Shown piece by piece: positions 28,473-37,451 of a DNA stretch of 64,000 nucleotides. Origin of the DNA: Bacteroidales bacterium (lineage in GTDB: Bacteria > Bacteroidota > Bacteroidia > Bacteroidales > NBLH01); the NCBI GenBank assembly GCA_050296515.1, contig JBNKRJ010000019.1, positions 45,654 through 109,653 of the forward strand, given 5' to 3'. Below the pieces are notes generated by a model. It did no database searches. It had not been told where the DNA came from and was given only the letters and a program-made list of their open reading frames with translations. Each line of letters starts with the position of its first letter. Position 1 is the stretch's first letter. A program made the position numbers and the translations under genes.

Positions 28473-29660
28473 ATGCAAATGATTGATAATTTTAACTTTT
28501 CGGGCAAAAAAGCAATTGTCCGGGTAGATTTTAATGTGCCTCTGGATGCTGATTTTAAGGTGAGTGACGACACCCGCATCGTTGGAGCATTACCTACTAT
28601 TAACAAGGTTTTAAATGATGGCGGTGCGGTTATTTTAATGTCGCATTTAGGACGCCCAGGCGGTGTACCTGCTGAAAAATATTCATTAAAACATGTTATT
28701 CCATCATTATCTAAGCATTTAGGTGGAAAAGAAATCAAATTTGCAGATGACTGCATTAGTGATGAGGCTCAGGAGCTAAAAAAGTCGCTAAAAATGGGCG
28801 AAATCCTGTTACTTGAAAACCTTCGGTTTTATAAAGAGGAGGACAAAAACAAAGAAGGAATGCCTGAATTTGCTAAGAAACTTGCGCAAGGAACTGATGT
28901 TTATATTAATGACGCTTTTGGAACAGCACACCGTGCACACGCTTCAACAGCTATTATTGCTGACTATGTGGAGGTAAAAATGGCTGGTTATCTGCTTGAA
29001 AAGGAAATTAAGTTTTTAGGAGAAACTGTGGCTAATCCTGAAAAACCTTTCGTTGCAATTGTAGGTGGTGCAAAAGTTTCGGGAAAGTTAGAGGTACTTA
29101 CTTCACTAATTGAAAAAGTGGATACTATTTTAATTGGTGGTGGTATGGCATATACTTTCTTAAAAGCACAAGGCCATAAAATAGGAAATTCCCTGGTTGA
29201 AGAAGAACTAATTGACACTGCGAAAAAAATTCTGATAGATGCAGAATCAAAAGGAGTTAAATTTTTGCTTCCGGTTGATAACTTAGCTGCCGATAAATTT
29301 GATAATGACGCAAACATTGAAACAGTTGGAGTAGAAATTCCTGATGGAACAATGGCTTTAGATATTGGCCCTGAAACTATTAAGCTTTATGCTGAAGAAA
29401 TTGCAAAATCAAAGACAGTGGTTTGGAACGGCCCAATGGGATGTTTTGAAATGCCTAACTTTGCTAAAGGCACATTTGGAGTTTGCCAGGCTGTAGCTGA
29501 TTCTGATGCAATTTCAATTATTGGTGGTGGTGATTCTGTCGCTGCTGTTAACCAAAGTGGTCTTGCTGACAAAATGAGTCACATCTCAACTGGCGGTGGA
29601 GCATCACTTGAATTTTTAGAAGGAAAAGAACTTCCTGGTATTAAGGCTGTTAAGGGCTAA
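28473..29660 (+). CDS. pgk: Phosphoglycerate kinase
   Basis: 395 aa. Contains RVDFNVP, SHLGRP, AFGTAHRAH and STGGGASLEFLEGK. Confidence 0.95.
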   Translation: MQMIDNFNFSGKKAIVRVDFNVPLDADFKVSDDTRIVGALPTINKVLNDGGAVILMSHLGRPGGVPAEKYSLKHVIPSLSKHLGGKEIKFADDCISDEAQELKKSLKMGEILLLENLRFYKEEDKNKEGMPEFAKKLAQGTDVYINDAFGTAHRAHASTAIIADYVEVKMAGYLLEKEIKFLGETVANPEKPFVAIVGGAKVSGKLEVLTSLIEKVDTILIGGGMAYTFLKAQGHKIGNSLVEEELIDTAKKILIDAESKGVKFLLPVDNLAADKFDNDANIETVGVEIPDGTMALDIGPETIKLYAEEIAKSKTVVWNGPMGCFEMPNFAKGTFGVCQAVADSDAISIIGGGDSVAAVNQSGLADKMSHISTGGGASLEFLEGKELPGIKAVKG

Positions 29661-29705
29661 TGCCGAACATTATAACAAACTCAATTTATTAAAATATTTA
29701 TGCCC

Positions 29706-29745
29706 AATCTTCAAGGAAAGTCCATTCCTTGAAGATTTTTATTTA
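29706..29745 (+). terminator. Rho-independent terminator of pgk
   Basis: aatcttcaagga (29706-29717) pairs with tccttgaagatt (29726-29737). 12-bp perfect stem, 8-nt loop, then tttttattt. Confidence 0.8.
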
Positions 29746-29901
29746 GGTTGCAGACCTTGTTAATGTGGACAAAGTAGAACAATAAATAAGTTTTGGATAG
29801 TTTTTAACATTTGCTATATCTAGGGCTTAGTATAGAAGTTGAACGAAATACCATAATTTTTAGCTTGATTTTAAGCTTTTGGTGTATAAATAAATTAATA
29901 A

Positions 29902-30984
29902 ATGGGAACAAAGATTTATTCAGTTATCACTGCTTCGGGAAGTTACATTCCTACTAATGTTGTTAAAAACAATTCTTTTATTGAGCAGGATTTTTATGAG
30001 GCCACCGGAGAGAAAATTGAACGCTCGGGTGAGGAAATTATCAACAAGTTTAAAGAAATTACTGATATTGAGGAAAGAAGGTATGCTGATAACGACCATT
30101 TAGCCTCTGATTTAGGAACATTTGCTGCAGAAAATGCTTTAAAATCATCTGGAATTGATAAAGAATCCCTGGATTATATTATTGTTGCTCACAATTTTGG
30201 TGATGTTCATTACGAGCACAGACAGGTGGATACAGTTCCAACCCTGGCCTCCAGAGTAAAACTTAACCTTAACATTCAAAACCCTGATACTGTTGCTTAT
30301 GATTTGCCTTTTGGTTGCCCGGGTTGGGTACAGGCACTTATACAAGCCGACTATTATCTTAAATCAGGTGATGCCAAAAGAATATTGGTAATTGCAACAG
30401 AAACATTATCAAGAGTAACCGATCCCTATGATCGCGACAGCATGATTTTTTCGGATGGTGCTGGAGCAGTGATAGTTGAAGCTGTTGAAAGTGAAGTGCC
30501 TGTTGGTATCCTGGCCCACAAAACAAGAACGGATGCAGTGGGCTATGCCTATTTATTAAAAATGGGTGATTCATACAATCCTGAAGTAGCAAATGGTGAG
30601 CGATACATTAAAATGGACGGTCGAAAACTGTACGTTTATGCCCTCAACAATGTCCCCCCGCTTGTAAAGGAAACTATTGAAAAAGCACAATTAGATATTG
30701 ATGACATTAGTAAAGTACTAATTCACCAGGCCAATGCAAAAATGGACGATGCCATGCTTGAACGTTTGTTTCGTTTATATGATAAAGATGTAATCCCTAA
30801 AGGCATTATGCCAATGACGATTGCTAAATTTGGAAATAATTCAGTTTCCACCGTCCCTATTCTTTACGATTTAATTATGAAAAGAGAAATGAATGGTCAC
30901 AAAATGGAATCAGGACAAAATATAGCAATGGTTTCGGTAGGTGCCGGAATGAATGTAAATGCGGTGATTTATAAGATGCCATAA
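29902..30984 (+). CDS. 3-oxoacyl-ACP synthase III (FabH-like) family protein
   Basis: 360 aa. Cys block FGCPGW, His block IHQAN, Asn block FGNNSVSTVP. Confidence 0.85.
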   Translation: MGTKIYSVITASGSYIPTNVVKNNSFIEQDFYEATGEKIERSGEEIINKFKEITDIEERRYADNDHLASDLGTFAAENALKSSGIDKESLDYIIVAHNFGDVHYEHRQVDTVPTLASRVKLNLNIQNPDTVAYDLPFGCPGWVQALIQADYYLKSGDAKRILVIATETLSRVTDPYDRDSMIFSDGAGAVIVEAVESEVPVGILAHKTRTDAVGYAYLLKMGDSYNPEVANGERYIKMDGRKLYVYALNNVPPLVKETIEKAQLDIDDISKVLIHQANAKMDDAMLERLFRLYDKDVIPKGIMPMTIAKFGNNSVSTVPILYDLIMKREMNGHKMESGQNIAMVSVGAGMNVNAVIYKMP

Positions 30985-30986
30985 TT

Positions 30987-31049
30987 CTGAAATTAGAAAT
31001 TGGAACTTAGAATCTAGTTGGAAATTATTAGGGGTTCTAAGTTCTAATT
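30987..31049. repeat. Heptad array T[AG]GAAnn plus an inverted arm, forming a 10-bp hairpin between convergent genes
   Basis: ctgaaat tagaaat tggaact tagaatc tagttgg in 7-nt register from 30987. gaacttagaa (31003-31012) pairs with ttctaagttc (31035-31044). The array overlaps the ispD stop codon. Confidence 0.8.
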
Positions 31050-31714
31050 TTCAAAATCGCCTCCGCATAAACCAAATCCTCAGGTGTGGTAATTTTTATG
31101 TTTTGTCGGTTGCCTTCTATCAGGTTAATTGTAGAATTATCATGAGCCTCTAGAACACTGGCATCATCGGTAAAAGATTCCTTGTACTCTTGCTTAAAAG
31201 CAGCCAAAACAAGCTCATTTTTAAATACCTGGGGGGTTTGAATAAGTTTGTATTTTGTGCGATCAACCATCACATTATCGCCTTCTTCATTAACTTCTCT
31301 AACCGAATCAACCAAGCTGATAACGGGTATTGCATTTCCTTTTTGTTCTGCCATTTTATAGCAATTCTCTATGGTTTGTTTATCAACCAGAGGGCGGACA
31401 CCATCATGGATACCAACAATTCCTTCACCATCAATTAAGGCTAATCCATTTTTTACAGAATGAAAACGTGCATCTCCTCCGGAAACCACTTTATGTTCGA
31501 TTCTAAAGCCTTGTTTCTGACACAAATCCGTCCAAAATTGGATTTGCTCTTTTGGCAATACAACAATGATTTCAAAAAAATTATCATAATTATAAAAGGC
31601 TTCAATGGTATGCATCAGAATGGGCTTATTTCCCAGCTGAATAAACTGTTTAGGAAGTTCACTCTTAAAACGATTCCCTTTTCCTCCTGCAACTATAATT
31701 ACATACCTCTTCAT
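31037..31714 (-). CDS. ispD: 2-C-methyl-D-erythritol 4-phosphate cytidylyltransferase
   Basis: 225 aa. N-terminus VIIVAGGKGNRF..PKQF, and IHDGVRP. Confidence 0.9.
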   Translation of the reverse strand: MKRYVIIVAGGKGNRFKSELPKQFIQLGNKPILMHTIEAFYNYDNFFEIIVVLPKEQIQFWTDLCQKQGFRIEHKVVSGGDARFHSVKNGLALIDGEGIVGIHDGVRPLVDKQTIENCYKMAEQKGNAIPVISLVDSVREVNEEGDNVMVDRTKYKLIQTPQVFKNELVLAAFKQEYKESFTDDASVLEAHDNSTINLIEGNRQNIKITTPEDLVYAEAILKIRT

Positions 31715-31721
31715 TGATATT

Positions 31722-32729
31722 TTAAAATAAATGATCTACTAAATCTTTCAAAGTTAATCCCGCAAAAATCTCACTATCAACTAATTGACTTATTGCTTTA
31801 GTGAGATTTTCTTTATCATGACGTTCTCCTGTTAAAAGAGTATTTAGTTTAGTACCTTGCATCTCATTCAATAAATCCCCTGAAAATTTTGCATCCAAAA
31901 TAATGCCTTTTTTTATTGAAAGCTCAATATTTAAAACACCTTGAGGTTTCTCAATTTTTCTGCTCAAAATATATTTTGGAGAATATCCATAAATCCATTC
32001 CCACTGAGTATACTTTTCATGCTTTAGTTTCTCTATTGCTTTCTTTTCATTTTCTGATAGTTCATATAAACTTGCATTTTCATATTTTACCAAGATATGA
32101 TCTATCAATGCTTTTCTAAATTCATCAAGGCTGATTTCAGTGTTTAAATGAGGTAAAATATTCGTCACCTTGCTTCTTACCGATTGGACCGCTTTATCAG
32201 TATATTTCCCTTCTTTAACTTTTATCGTCTCATCAAGCGTATCTAAATCAGAATTAAAAAGCAAAGTGCCATGATGAATAACACGTTGTTTGAAAATATG
32301 TTCTGCATTGCCTGAGATCTTTTTATTATTAATAATCAAATCATTCCGTTTGTTTCGTACAGCATTTGCTCCAAGGTTATTCAATACCTCAAGTATATCA
32401 TTTGTATACTTCGTAAAATCAACCATTTTTCCCTGCTCACCTGTCATAATATAGGTAAAATTCAGGTTTCCTAAATCGTGGTATACAGTTCCTCCTCCAG
32501 AAAGTCTCCGTGCTACTTTTATATTTCTCTCAGAAATAAAATCATGATTAATCTCAGCATGAATGTTTTGATGTTTTCCAACAACCACTGTAGGCACATT
32601 TTGCCAAAGCATAAACACATTTTCCTGCCTGTTTTTAAGCAAATACTCCTCTGTGGCAAGGTTAAAAAAAGGATCAGTACAATAGTTATTGATGCAAAGT
32701 AATTTTTTCACAAATTTAATTTTGCGCAA
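31722..32729 (-). CDS. lplA: Lipoate-protein ligase A
   Basis: 335 aa. Contains NLATEEYLL, VVVGKHQN, RRLSGGGTVYHDLGN and KISGNA. Confidence 0.85.
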   Translation of the reverse strand: MRKIKFVKKLLCINNYCTDPFFNLATEEYLLKNRQENVFMLWQNVPTVVVGKHQNIHAEINHDFISERNIKVARRLSGGGTVYHDLGNLNFTYIMTGEQGKMVDFTKYTNDILEVLNNLGANAVRNKRNDLIINNKKISGNAEHIFKQRVIHHGTLLFNSDLDTLDETIKVKEGKYTDKAVQSVRSKVTNILPHLNTEISLDEFRKALIDHILVKYENASLYELSENEKKAIEKLKHEKYTQWEWIYGYSPKYILSRKIEKPQGVLNIELSIKKGIILDAKFSGDLLNEMQGTKLNTLLTGERHDKENLTKAISQLVDSEIFAGLTLKDLVDHLF

Positions 32730-32748
32730 AGATATTTAATTTTGGCTG

Positions 32749-33378
32749 CTATTTGGATAGAATAGCAAACTCCTTACTTATATTTTCCCTGGCAGCATGT
32801 TCAAAGTTTTTATAAAACTCTGAAGTTTTATAAATTCTTTCCTGAGCCAAAAAATGTTCCAGCACTTTTCTTCGCCCTTTGTTATAAAGTGGTTTCGGAT
32901 AAATTTTATATTCCTGCCTGATTTGTTTGATATACTCCTCGTATTCTGCCCATGGAGCTCCCAGTTTCTCCAAATCAAAATCTAGAAAAAGGTCTAAATC
33001 GTTGTCATTTATAGGGTTTAAATGGCTTTTGGTTGCCAATATGAAATTTTTGCATTTTTCAATTTTATCAGTTTCAATACCTAGTTGTTTCAAATGAGCT
33101 TCAGCCAATTCAGCACTCTTCTCTTCATTATTGTTTTTTGTGGCAGAATATACTACATCATGATAAAAAATGGAAAGCTGTATATTTCTAATATCCAATA
33201 TATTATCAAAGTATTTTATACTTAAATCAAGTAATTGCTTAACATGAATTAGGGTATGATAATACCGTCCTTTTTCAGAATAGGCTGAACTGATTTTCTG
33301 CCAAAATTCATCGGCTAATTTTTCGTCAGTACTCATCTTTTTTAATAAATGAACCCAGATGTCTTTTACCTTTTTCAT
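32749..33378 (-). CDS. HD-superfamily metal-dependent phosphohydrolase-like protein
   Basis: 209 aa. Contains YHTLIHV ... FYHDVVY. Matches the uncharacterised HD family I remember as COG4339-like. Confidence 0.65.
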   Translation of the reverse strand: MKKVKDIWVHLLKKMSTDEKLADEFWQKISSAYSEKGRYYHTLIHVKQLLDLSIKYFDNILDIRNIQLSIFYHDVVYSATKNNNEEKSAELAEAHLKQLGIETDKIEKCKNFILATKSHLNPINDNDLDLFLDFDLEKLGAPWAEYEEYIKQIRQEYKIYPKPLYNKGRRKVLEHFLAQERIYKTSEFYKNFEHAARENISKEFAILSK

Positions 33379-33415
33379 AACAAAATAAATACTAGTGACA
33401 TGTCAAGGCTAATTT

Positions 33416-33464
33416 GTCAGGTAACAACACCTGACAAATGCACCAGCCAGGTGTTGTCACCTGG
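33416..33464. repeat. Two related 7-bp-stem palindromic hairpins (CCTGAC/CCAGGT words)
   Basis: gtcaggt-aacaac-acctgac (33416-33435) and ccaggtg-ttgt-cacctgg (33447-33464). ggctaatt occurs at 33407 and 33463, 56 nt apart (8 x 7). Confidence 0.8.
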
Positions 33465-33584
33465 CTAATTACCAGGATATCATACTTGACTTGACACCAG
33501 GTGTACATTTCAAAGGTAAATTTTAATTACCTATTTGACTCTATTATACCTAAATTTGTGTGATTTTTGAAAGAGTTTGAAAAT

Positions 33585-33661
33585 GGAAGCTCGAAGCACG
33601 AAGAATTGAGGCATGTTTCCATTTCTTCGTGCTTCCAACTTCCCCCTTCCATCTTCAAAAA
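33585..33661. repeat. GAAG/CTTC heptad arrays forming a perfect 13-bp hairpin
   Basis: ggaagct cgaagca cgaagaa (33585-33605) and tcgtgct tccaact tccccct tccatct tcaaaaa (33627-33661). gaagcacgaagaa (33593-33605) pairs with ttcttcgtgcttc (33623-33635). Confidence 0.85.
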
Positions 33662-33693
33662 AAATACTATATATTCGTTTTACAATTATTAGT

Positions 33694-34404
33694 ATGGAAA
33701 ACAAACTACCAATCACCAACTGGGCAATTGAAGACAGGCCAAGAGAAAAATTATTGGCCAAAGGAATTCAAAGTCTTTCAGATGCTGAGTTAATCGCTAT
33801 TTTAATTGGCTCGGGAAGCCGAAACGAGAGTGCAGTTGAGCTTTCGAAAAGAATTTTGGCAAGTGTGAAAAATAATTTAAACCAGCTTGGCAAGCTATCT
33901 ATCAGCGATTTGCAAAATTTTAAAGGGATAGGTGAAGCAAAAGCAATTTCAATTGTCGCAGCCATGGAATTAGGTAAACGTAGAAAAGTTTCAGATGTAC
34001 TTGAGCGAGAGAAAATTGGATCCAGTAAGGATGCTTTTGAGCTATTTACACCTATTTTAGGTGATTTGCCACACGAGGAGTTTTGGGTATTATTTTTAGA
34101 TCGAGCCAATAAAATCATCGATAAACAAAGAACCAGTCAAGGTGGTGTTTCAGGAACTGTTATTGATATTCGAATGATTTTAAAGCAAGCAATTGAAAAA
34201 CTGGCATCAGGAATTATACTTTGCCACAATCATCCGTCAGGGAATCCTCAACCTAGTAAGAGTGATATTGATATCACAAGAAAATTGAAAGAAGCAGCCG
34301 GATTTATGGATATAAATGTGCTGGATCATATTATTGTAACTGATGGTGAATATTTTAGCTTTGTAGATGAATCTCTTATGAAGGACATCGCAAATAAAAA
34401 ATAG
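33694..34404 (+). CDS. radC: RadC-family JAB/MPN domain protein
   Basis: Starts MENKLPITNWAIEDRPREKLL. HhH block, and the JAMM motif HNHPSGNPQPSKSD. The track ORF starts 81 nt earlier, inside the hairpin, which I reject. Confidence 0.9.
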   Translation: MENKLPITNWAIEDRPREKLLAKGIQSLSDAELIAILIGSGSRNESAVELSKRILASVKNNLNQLGKLSISDLQNFKGIGEAKAISIVAAMELGKRRKVSDVLEREKIGSSKDAFELFTPILGDLPHEEFWVLFLDRANKIIDKQRTSQGGVSGTVIDIRMILKQAIEKLASGIILCHNHPSGNPQPSKSDIDITRKLKEAAGFMDINVLDHIIVTDGEYFSFVDESLMKDIANKK

Positions 34405-34471
34405 CCTTGAAAAAAGGATTTGATTAATTATTAACCTGTTAGATATTAATAACAAAAAAGAAACCTAGCTT

Positions 34472-35791
34472 TTGGCCAGTAAAATATTAATATACAGTAA
34501 ATTAACAACAAGTAGGCTCGAATATATTTTCTCTTTCTTTTTTAAAGAACTTTTTGGTATTGATTACGAATTGGTAACTGATTATGATTATTTTAAACAA
34601 TCAGAACTGTATAAGTTCATTTATTCCAGAGAGGACCTTTCTGATAAAAACTTTTGTTTAAAAGCACATTCACTGCTTTTTGAAAGTGAAATCAGAAAAG
34701 TTTCCATAGATTATTTTGAAAGTTCTGGATATCCAGCCTTTTTCAAAAGCTCAGATGATTCATTTTTCCCATTTGATGTTTTCGCAGCTTCATTTTTCCT
34801 AATTAGCAGGTACGAAGAATATCTGGACTTTAAAGCTGATAAATTTGGAAGATTCCCAGCAAACGAAAGCATCGCTTTTAAATATAATTTTCTTGAAAAG
34901 CCAATTGTGGACACATGGCATATCATGCTTAAAAACAGACTATTAGAACTATTTCCAACGTTACAGTTTAAATCAAGAAAGTTTAATTTTTTATCAACTA
35001 TTGATATTGATAATGCTTATGCACATCTTCACAAAGGCATTGTAAGAACATCCTTATCCGTGTTACAAACCGGACTAAAAACCCCTCAAAAACTAATTGG
35101 TAAAACAAAAGTATTATTAGGGCTGGAGAAGGATCCTTATGATAATTATGACTTTTTAAATGAAATTCATAAGAAATATGGCATTGAGACCATATACTTT
35201 ATCCTTTTTTCAAAGTATGGGAAATACGATAAAAACCCTCCTGTTAAAAACAAGCGATTCAAGGAGTTGATAAAGAAAATTGCGAAAAACAATAAAGTTG
35301 GACTCCATCCTTCATTTCAGTCTAATTACAAGAAAGAGGCACTAATCTTAGAAAAAACTGAACTGGAAAAATTAATTGAAAAAATAATTGATCAGAGCAG
35401 GCAACACTTTTTAATGCTTAAGTTACCAGATACTTATGAAACCTTAATAAAACTGGGAATTACAAAAGACTATTCAATGGGATATTCATCTCATCCAGGA
35501 TTTAGGGCAGGCACATGCACACCATTTTACTTTTTCAACCTGAAAACTGATGAACAAACCAGTTTAAGGATCACTCCCTTTGCCGTAATGGATGTTTGTT
35601 TCAAGGATTATTTGCAATGTTCACCATCTGAGGCTTTGAAAAAAATAAAAAAAATCATAACTTCCATTAAAAAAGTAAACGGATTATTTGTAAGTTTATG
35701 GCACAATGAATCATTAGAATCAAGAAATCAACACTTTACGTGGCGCCATGTATACGAAGGAATGCTTAATGAAGCAAAAGACGGAGCTTAG
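34472..35791 (+). CDS. Hypothetical protein, possibly polysaccharide deacetylase-like (weak)
   Basis: 439 aa with a non-ATG (TTG) start. Scattered Asp/His blocks (STIDIDNAYAH, GLHPSF, SRQHF, LWHNES) are reminiscent of a CE4-type fold. No firm assignment. Confidence 0.45.
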   Translation: MASKILIYSKLTTSRLEYIFSFFFKELFGIDYELVTDYDYFKQSELYKFIYSREDLSDKNFCLKAHSLLFESEIRKVSIDYFESSGYPAFFKSSDDSFFPFDVFAASFFLISRYEEYLDFKADKFGRFPANESIAFKYNFLEKPIVDTWHIMLKNRLLELFPTLQFKSRKFNFLSTIDIDNAYAHLHKGIVRTSLSVLQTGLKTPQKLIGKTKVLLGLEKDPYDNYDFLNEIHKKYGIETIYFILFSKYGKYDKNPPVKNKRFKELIKKIAKNNKVGLHPSFQSNYKKEALILEKTELEKLIEKIIDQSRQHFLMLKLPDTYETLIKLGITKDYSMGYSSHPGFRAGTCTPFYFFNLKTDEQTSLRITPFAVMDVCFKDYLQCSPSEALKKIKKIITSIKKVNGLFVSLWHNESLESRNQHFTWRHVYEGMLNEAKDGA

Positions 35792-36695
35792 ACATATAAA
35801 GCAAACTAATATTGATACCCAAAAATGGGATAATTGCATCTCGAAATCAATAAATGGGATGGTATACGCCTATTCCTGGTATCTCAATATTGTTTGCCCT
35901 GACTGGGAGGCTCTTGTATATGGTGATTATGAAACAGTTATGCCACTTACCCAAAATCAAAAATACGGAGTCAGTTATTTATACCAACCATTTTTTACCC
36001 AACAATTAGGCATCTTTTCATACAACAAAATTGATGAATCTTTGATAAATCAGTTCTTAAATGCCATTCCTAAAAAATTTAAGTTTATTGAAATAAACCT
36101 GAATAAATACAACAGGCTTGAAAACCTGAACGGATATACAATTAAAGAAAACGATAATTACGAACTTGATTTAATTGAAAACTACGAAAATATATTCCGA
36201 AGATACAACCAAAACAATATAAGGAATATAAGAAAAGCTATACACAACAAAGTTTCAATACTTAAAGGTTTAATGCCTAACGATATTTTTGGTCTGGTAA
36301 AAACCTATGGCAAAATACCTGGGATGAAAGAGGTTCATTTAAATATGCTGCGCCAGTTAATTGCGGCCTCTATACGATATAAATCAGGCTATCTGTATGG
36401 TGCTTATAATGAGCACAATATGCTTGTTGCAGTTGGCTTTTTTGTTTATTCAAATAACCGTGCCTGCTTTATACTTTCAGTTTCGAGCGATGAAGGAAAA
36501 GATCTAAGTGCCATGTTTCTATTAGTGGACGAATTCATAAAAGATTTTTCAAACAGGAATATGATTTTGGATTTCGAAGGATCAAATATTGATAGCATAG
36601 CCAGGTTTTACAAGGGATTTGGGGCAAATCAGTTTCGATATCTTAGTATCAGGGCTAACAATCTGCCATTCCCGTTGAAATTGTTAAAGAATTAG
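35769..36695 (+). CDS. Hypothetical protein, FemAB/GNAT-like acyltransferase fold suspected
   Basis: N-terminus WDNCISKSINGMVYAYSWYLNIVCPDWEALVYGDYETVMPL...QPFFTQQLGIF matches a Bacteroidota family I recall being annotated as GNAT-like. It overlaps the upstream gene by 23 nt (44 nt if the ATG at 35748 is used). Confidence 0.45.
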   Translation: MKQKTELRHIKQTNIDTQKWDNCISKSINGMVYAYSWYLNIVCPDWEALVYGDYETVMPLTQNQKYGVSYLYQPFFTQQLGIFSYNKIDESLINQFLNAIPKKFKFIEINLNKYNRLENLNGYTIKENDNYELDLIENYENIFRRYNQNNIRNIRKAIHNKVSILKGLMPNDIFGLVKTYGKIPGMKEVHLNMLRQLIAASIRYKSGYLYGAYNEHNMLVAVGFFVYSNNRACFILSVSSDEGKDLSAMFLLVDEFIKDFSNRNMILDFEGSNIDSIARFYKGFGANQFRYLSIRANNLPFPLKLLKN

Positions 36696-36715
36696 GCAAC
36701 ACAGCCAATAAATAT

Positions 36716-36723
36716 TACTTTTG
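36716..36723 (+). promoter_or_regulatory. TAnnTTTG -7 box upstream of upp
   Basis: TACTTTTG, 27 nt before the ATG at 36750. Confidence 0.4.
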
Positions 36724-36749
36724 TAGAAGATAATCAATTTTGTATCGAT

Positions 36750-37400
36750 ATGATAAATCTTCCTGCACTTGGGAACTCAGTTTTAAACCAATTTATTTCC
36801 GAAATTAGAAGTGTTGAAATTCAAAGCGATAGCATGAGGTTTAGGAGAAACCTTGAGCGTATAGGCGAAGTTTTTGCATACGAAATCAGCAAGAAGCTTA
36901 AGTACGAAACAAAAATAGTTACCACCCCTTTGGGTGAACTAGAAATGACTGTTCCGTGCAACAATGTTGTTGTTGCTTCAATTTTACGTGCTGGTTTACC
37001 TCTACACAATGGTATCTTAAACTATTTTGACCAGGCCCAAAATGCATTTATTTCTGCTTTTAGAAAATACCACAAGGACGGCAGTTTTGATATTCAGTTT
37101 GGTTATTTATCAGCACCTGACATTACTGATAAAACACTTATTTTGTCTGATCCAATGCTGGCTTCAGGTTCATCAATGGTCCTTGCCTATAATAGTATGT
37201 TAAAGAAAGGGAAACCTGCTCACACTCATATAGTTTCAATAATAGCAAGCAAAGAAGGAGTGCGCTATTTAAAGAAAAACATTCCGGACGAAAACTACAC
37301 CCTTTGGGTGGGCGCAGTAGATGATGAACTCACAGCTAAAGCCTACATAGTGCCAGGTCTTGGTGATGCTGGTGACCTTGCCTATGGTTTAAAAGAATAA
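36750..37400 (+). CDS. upp: Uracil phosphoribosyltransferase
   Basis: 216 aa. Contains ILRAGL, the PRPP loop LILSDPMLASGSS, and YIVPGLGDAGD. Confidence 0.9.
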   Translation: MINLPALGNSVLNQFISEIRSVEIQSDSMRFRRNLERIGEVFAYEISKKLKYETKIVTTPLGELEMTVPCNNVVVASILRAGLPLHNGILNYFDQAQNAFISAFRKYHKDGSFDIQFGYLSAPDITDKTLILSDPMLASGSSMVLAYNSMLKKGKPAHTHIVSIIASKEGVRYLKKNIPDENYTLWVGAVDDELTAKAYIVPGLGDAGDLAYGLKE

Positions 37401-37404
37401 AAAA

Positions 37405-37436
37405 ATGTACAGGTAACATAATTATTACCTGTACAT
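37405..37436. terminator. Hairpin terminator between upp and maeB (T-run on the minus strand)
   Basis: atgtacaggtaa (37405-37416) pairs with ttacctgtacat (37425-37436), 12 bp. The A-run upstream gives tttttt after the hairpin on the minus strand. Confidence 0.75.
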
Positions 37437-37451
37437 CAAAAGCAATTTGCC

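Noticed and set aside
33613-33693. Upstream ATG extension of radC used by the ORF track
   Set aside because: The extra 27 codons (MFPFLRASNFPLPSS..) are the translation of the CTTC heptad hairpin. RadC similarity begins at MENKLPITNW (ATG at 33694).
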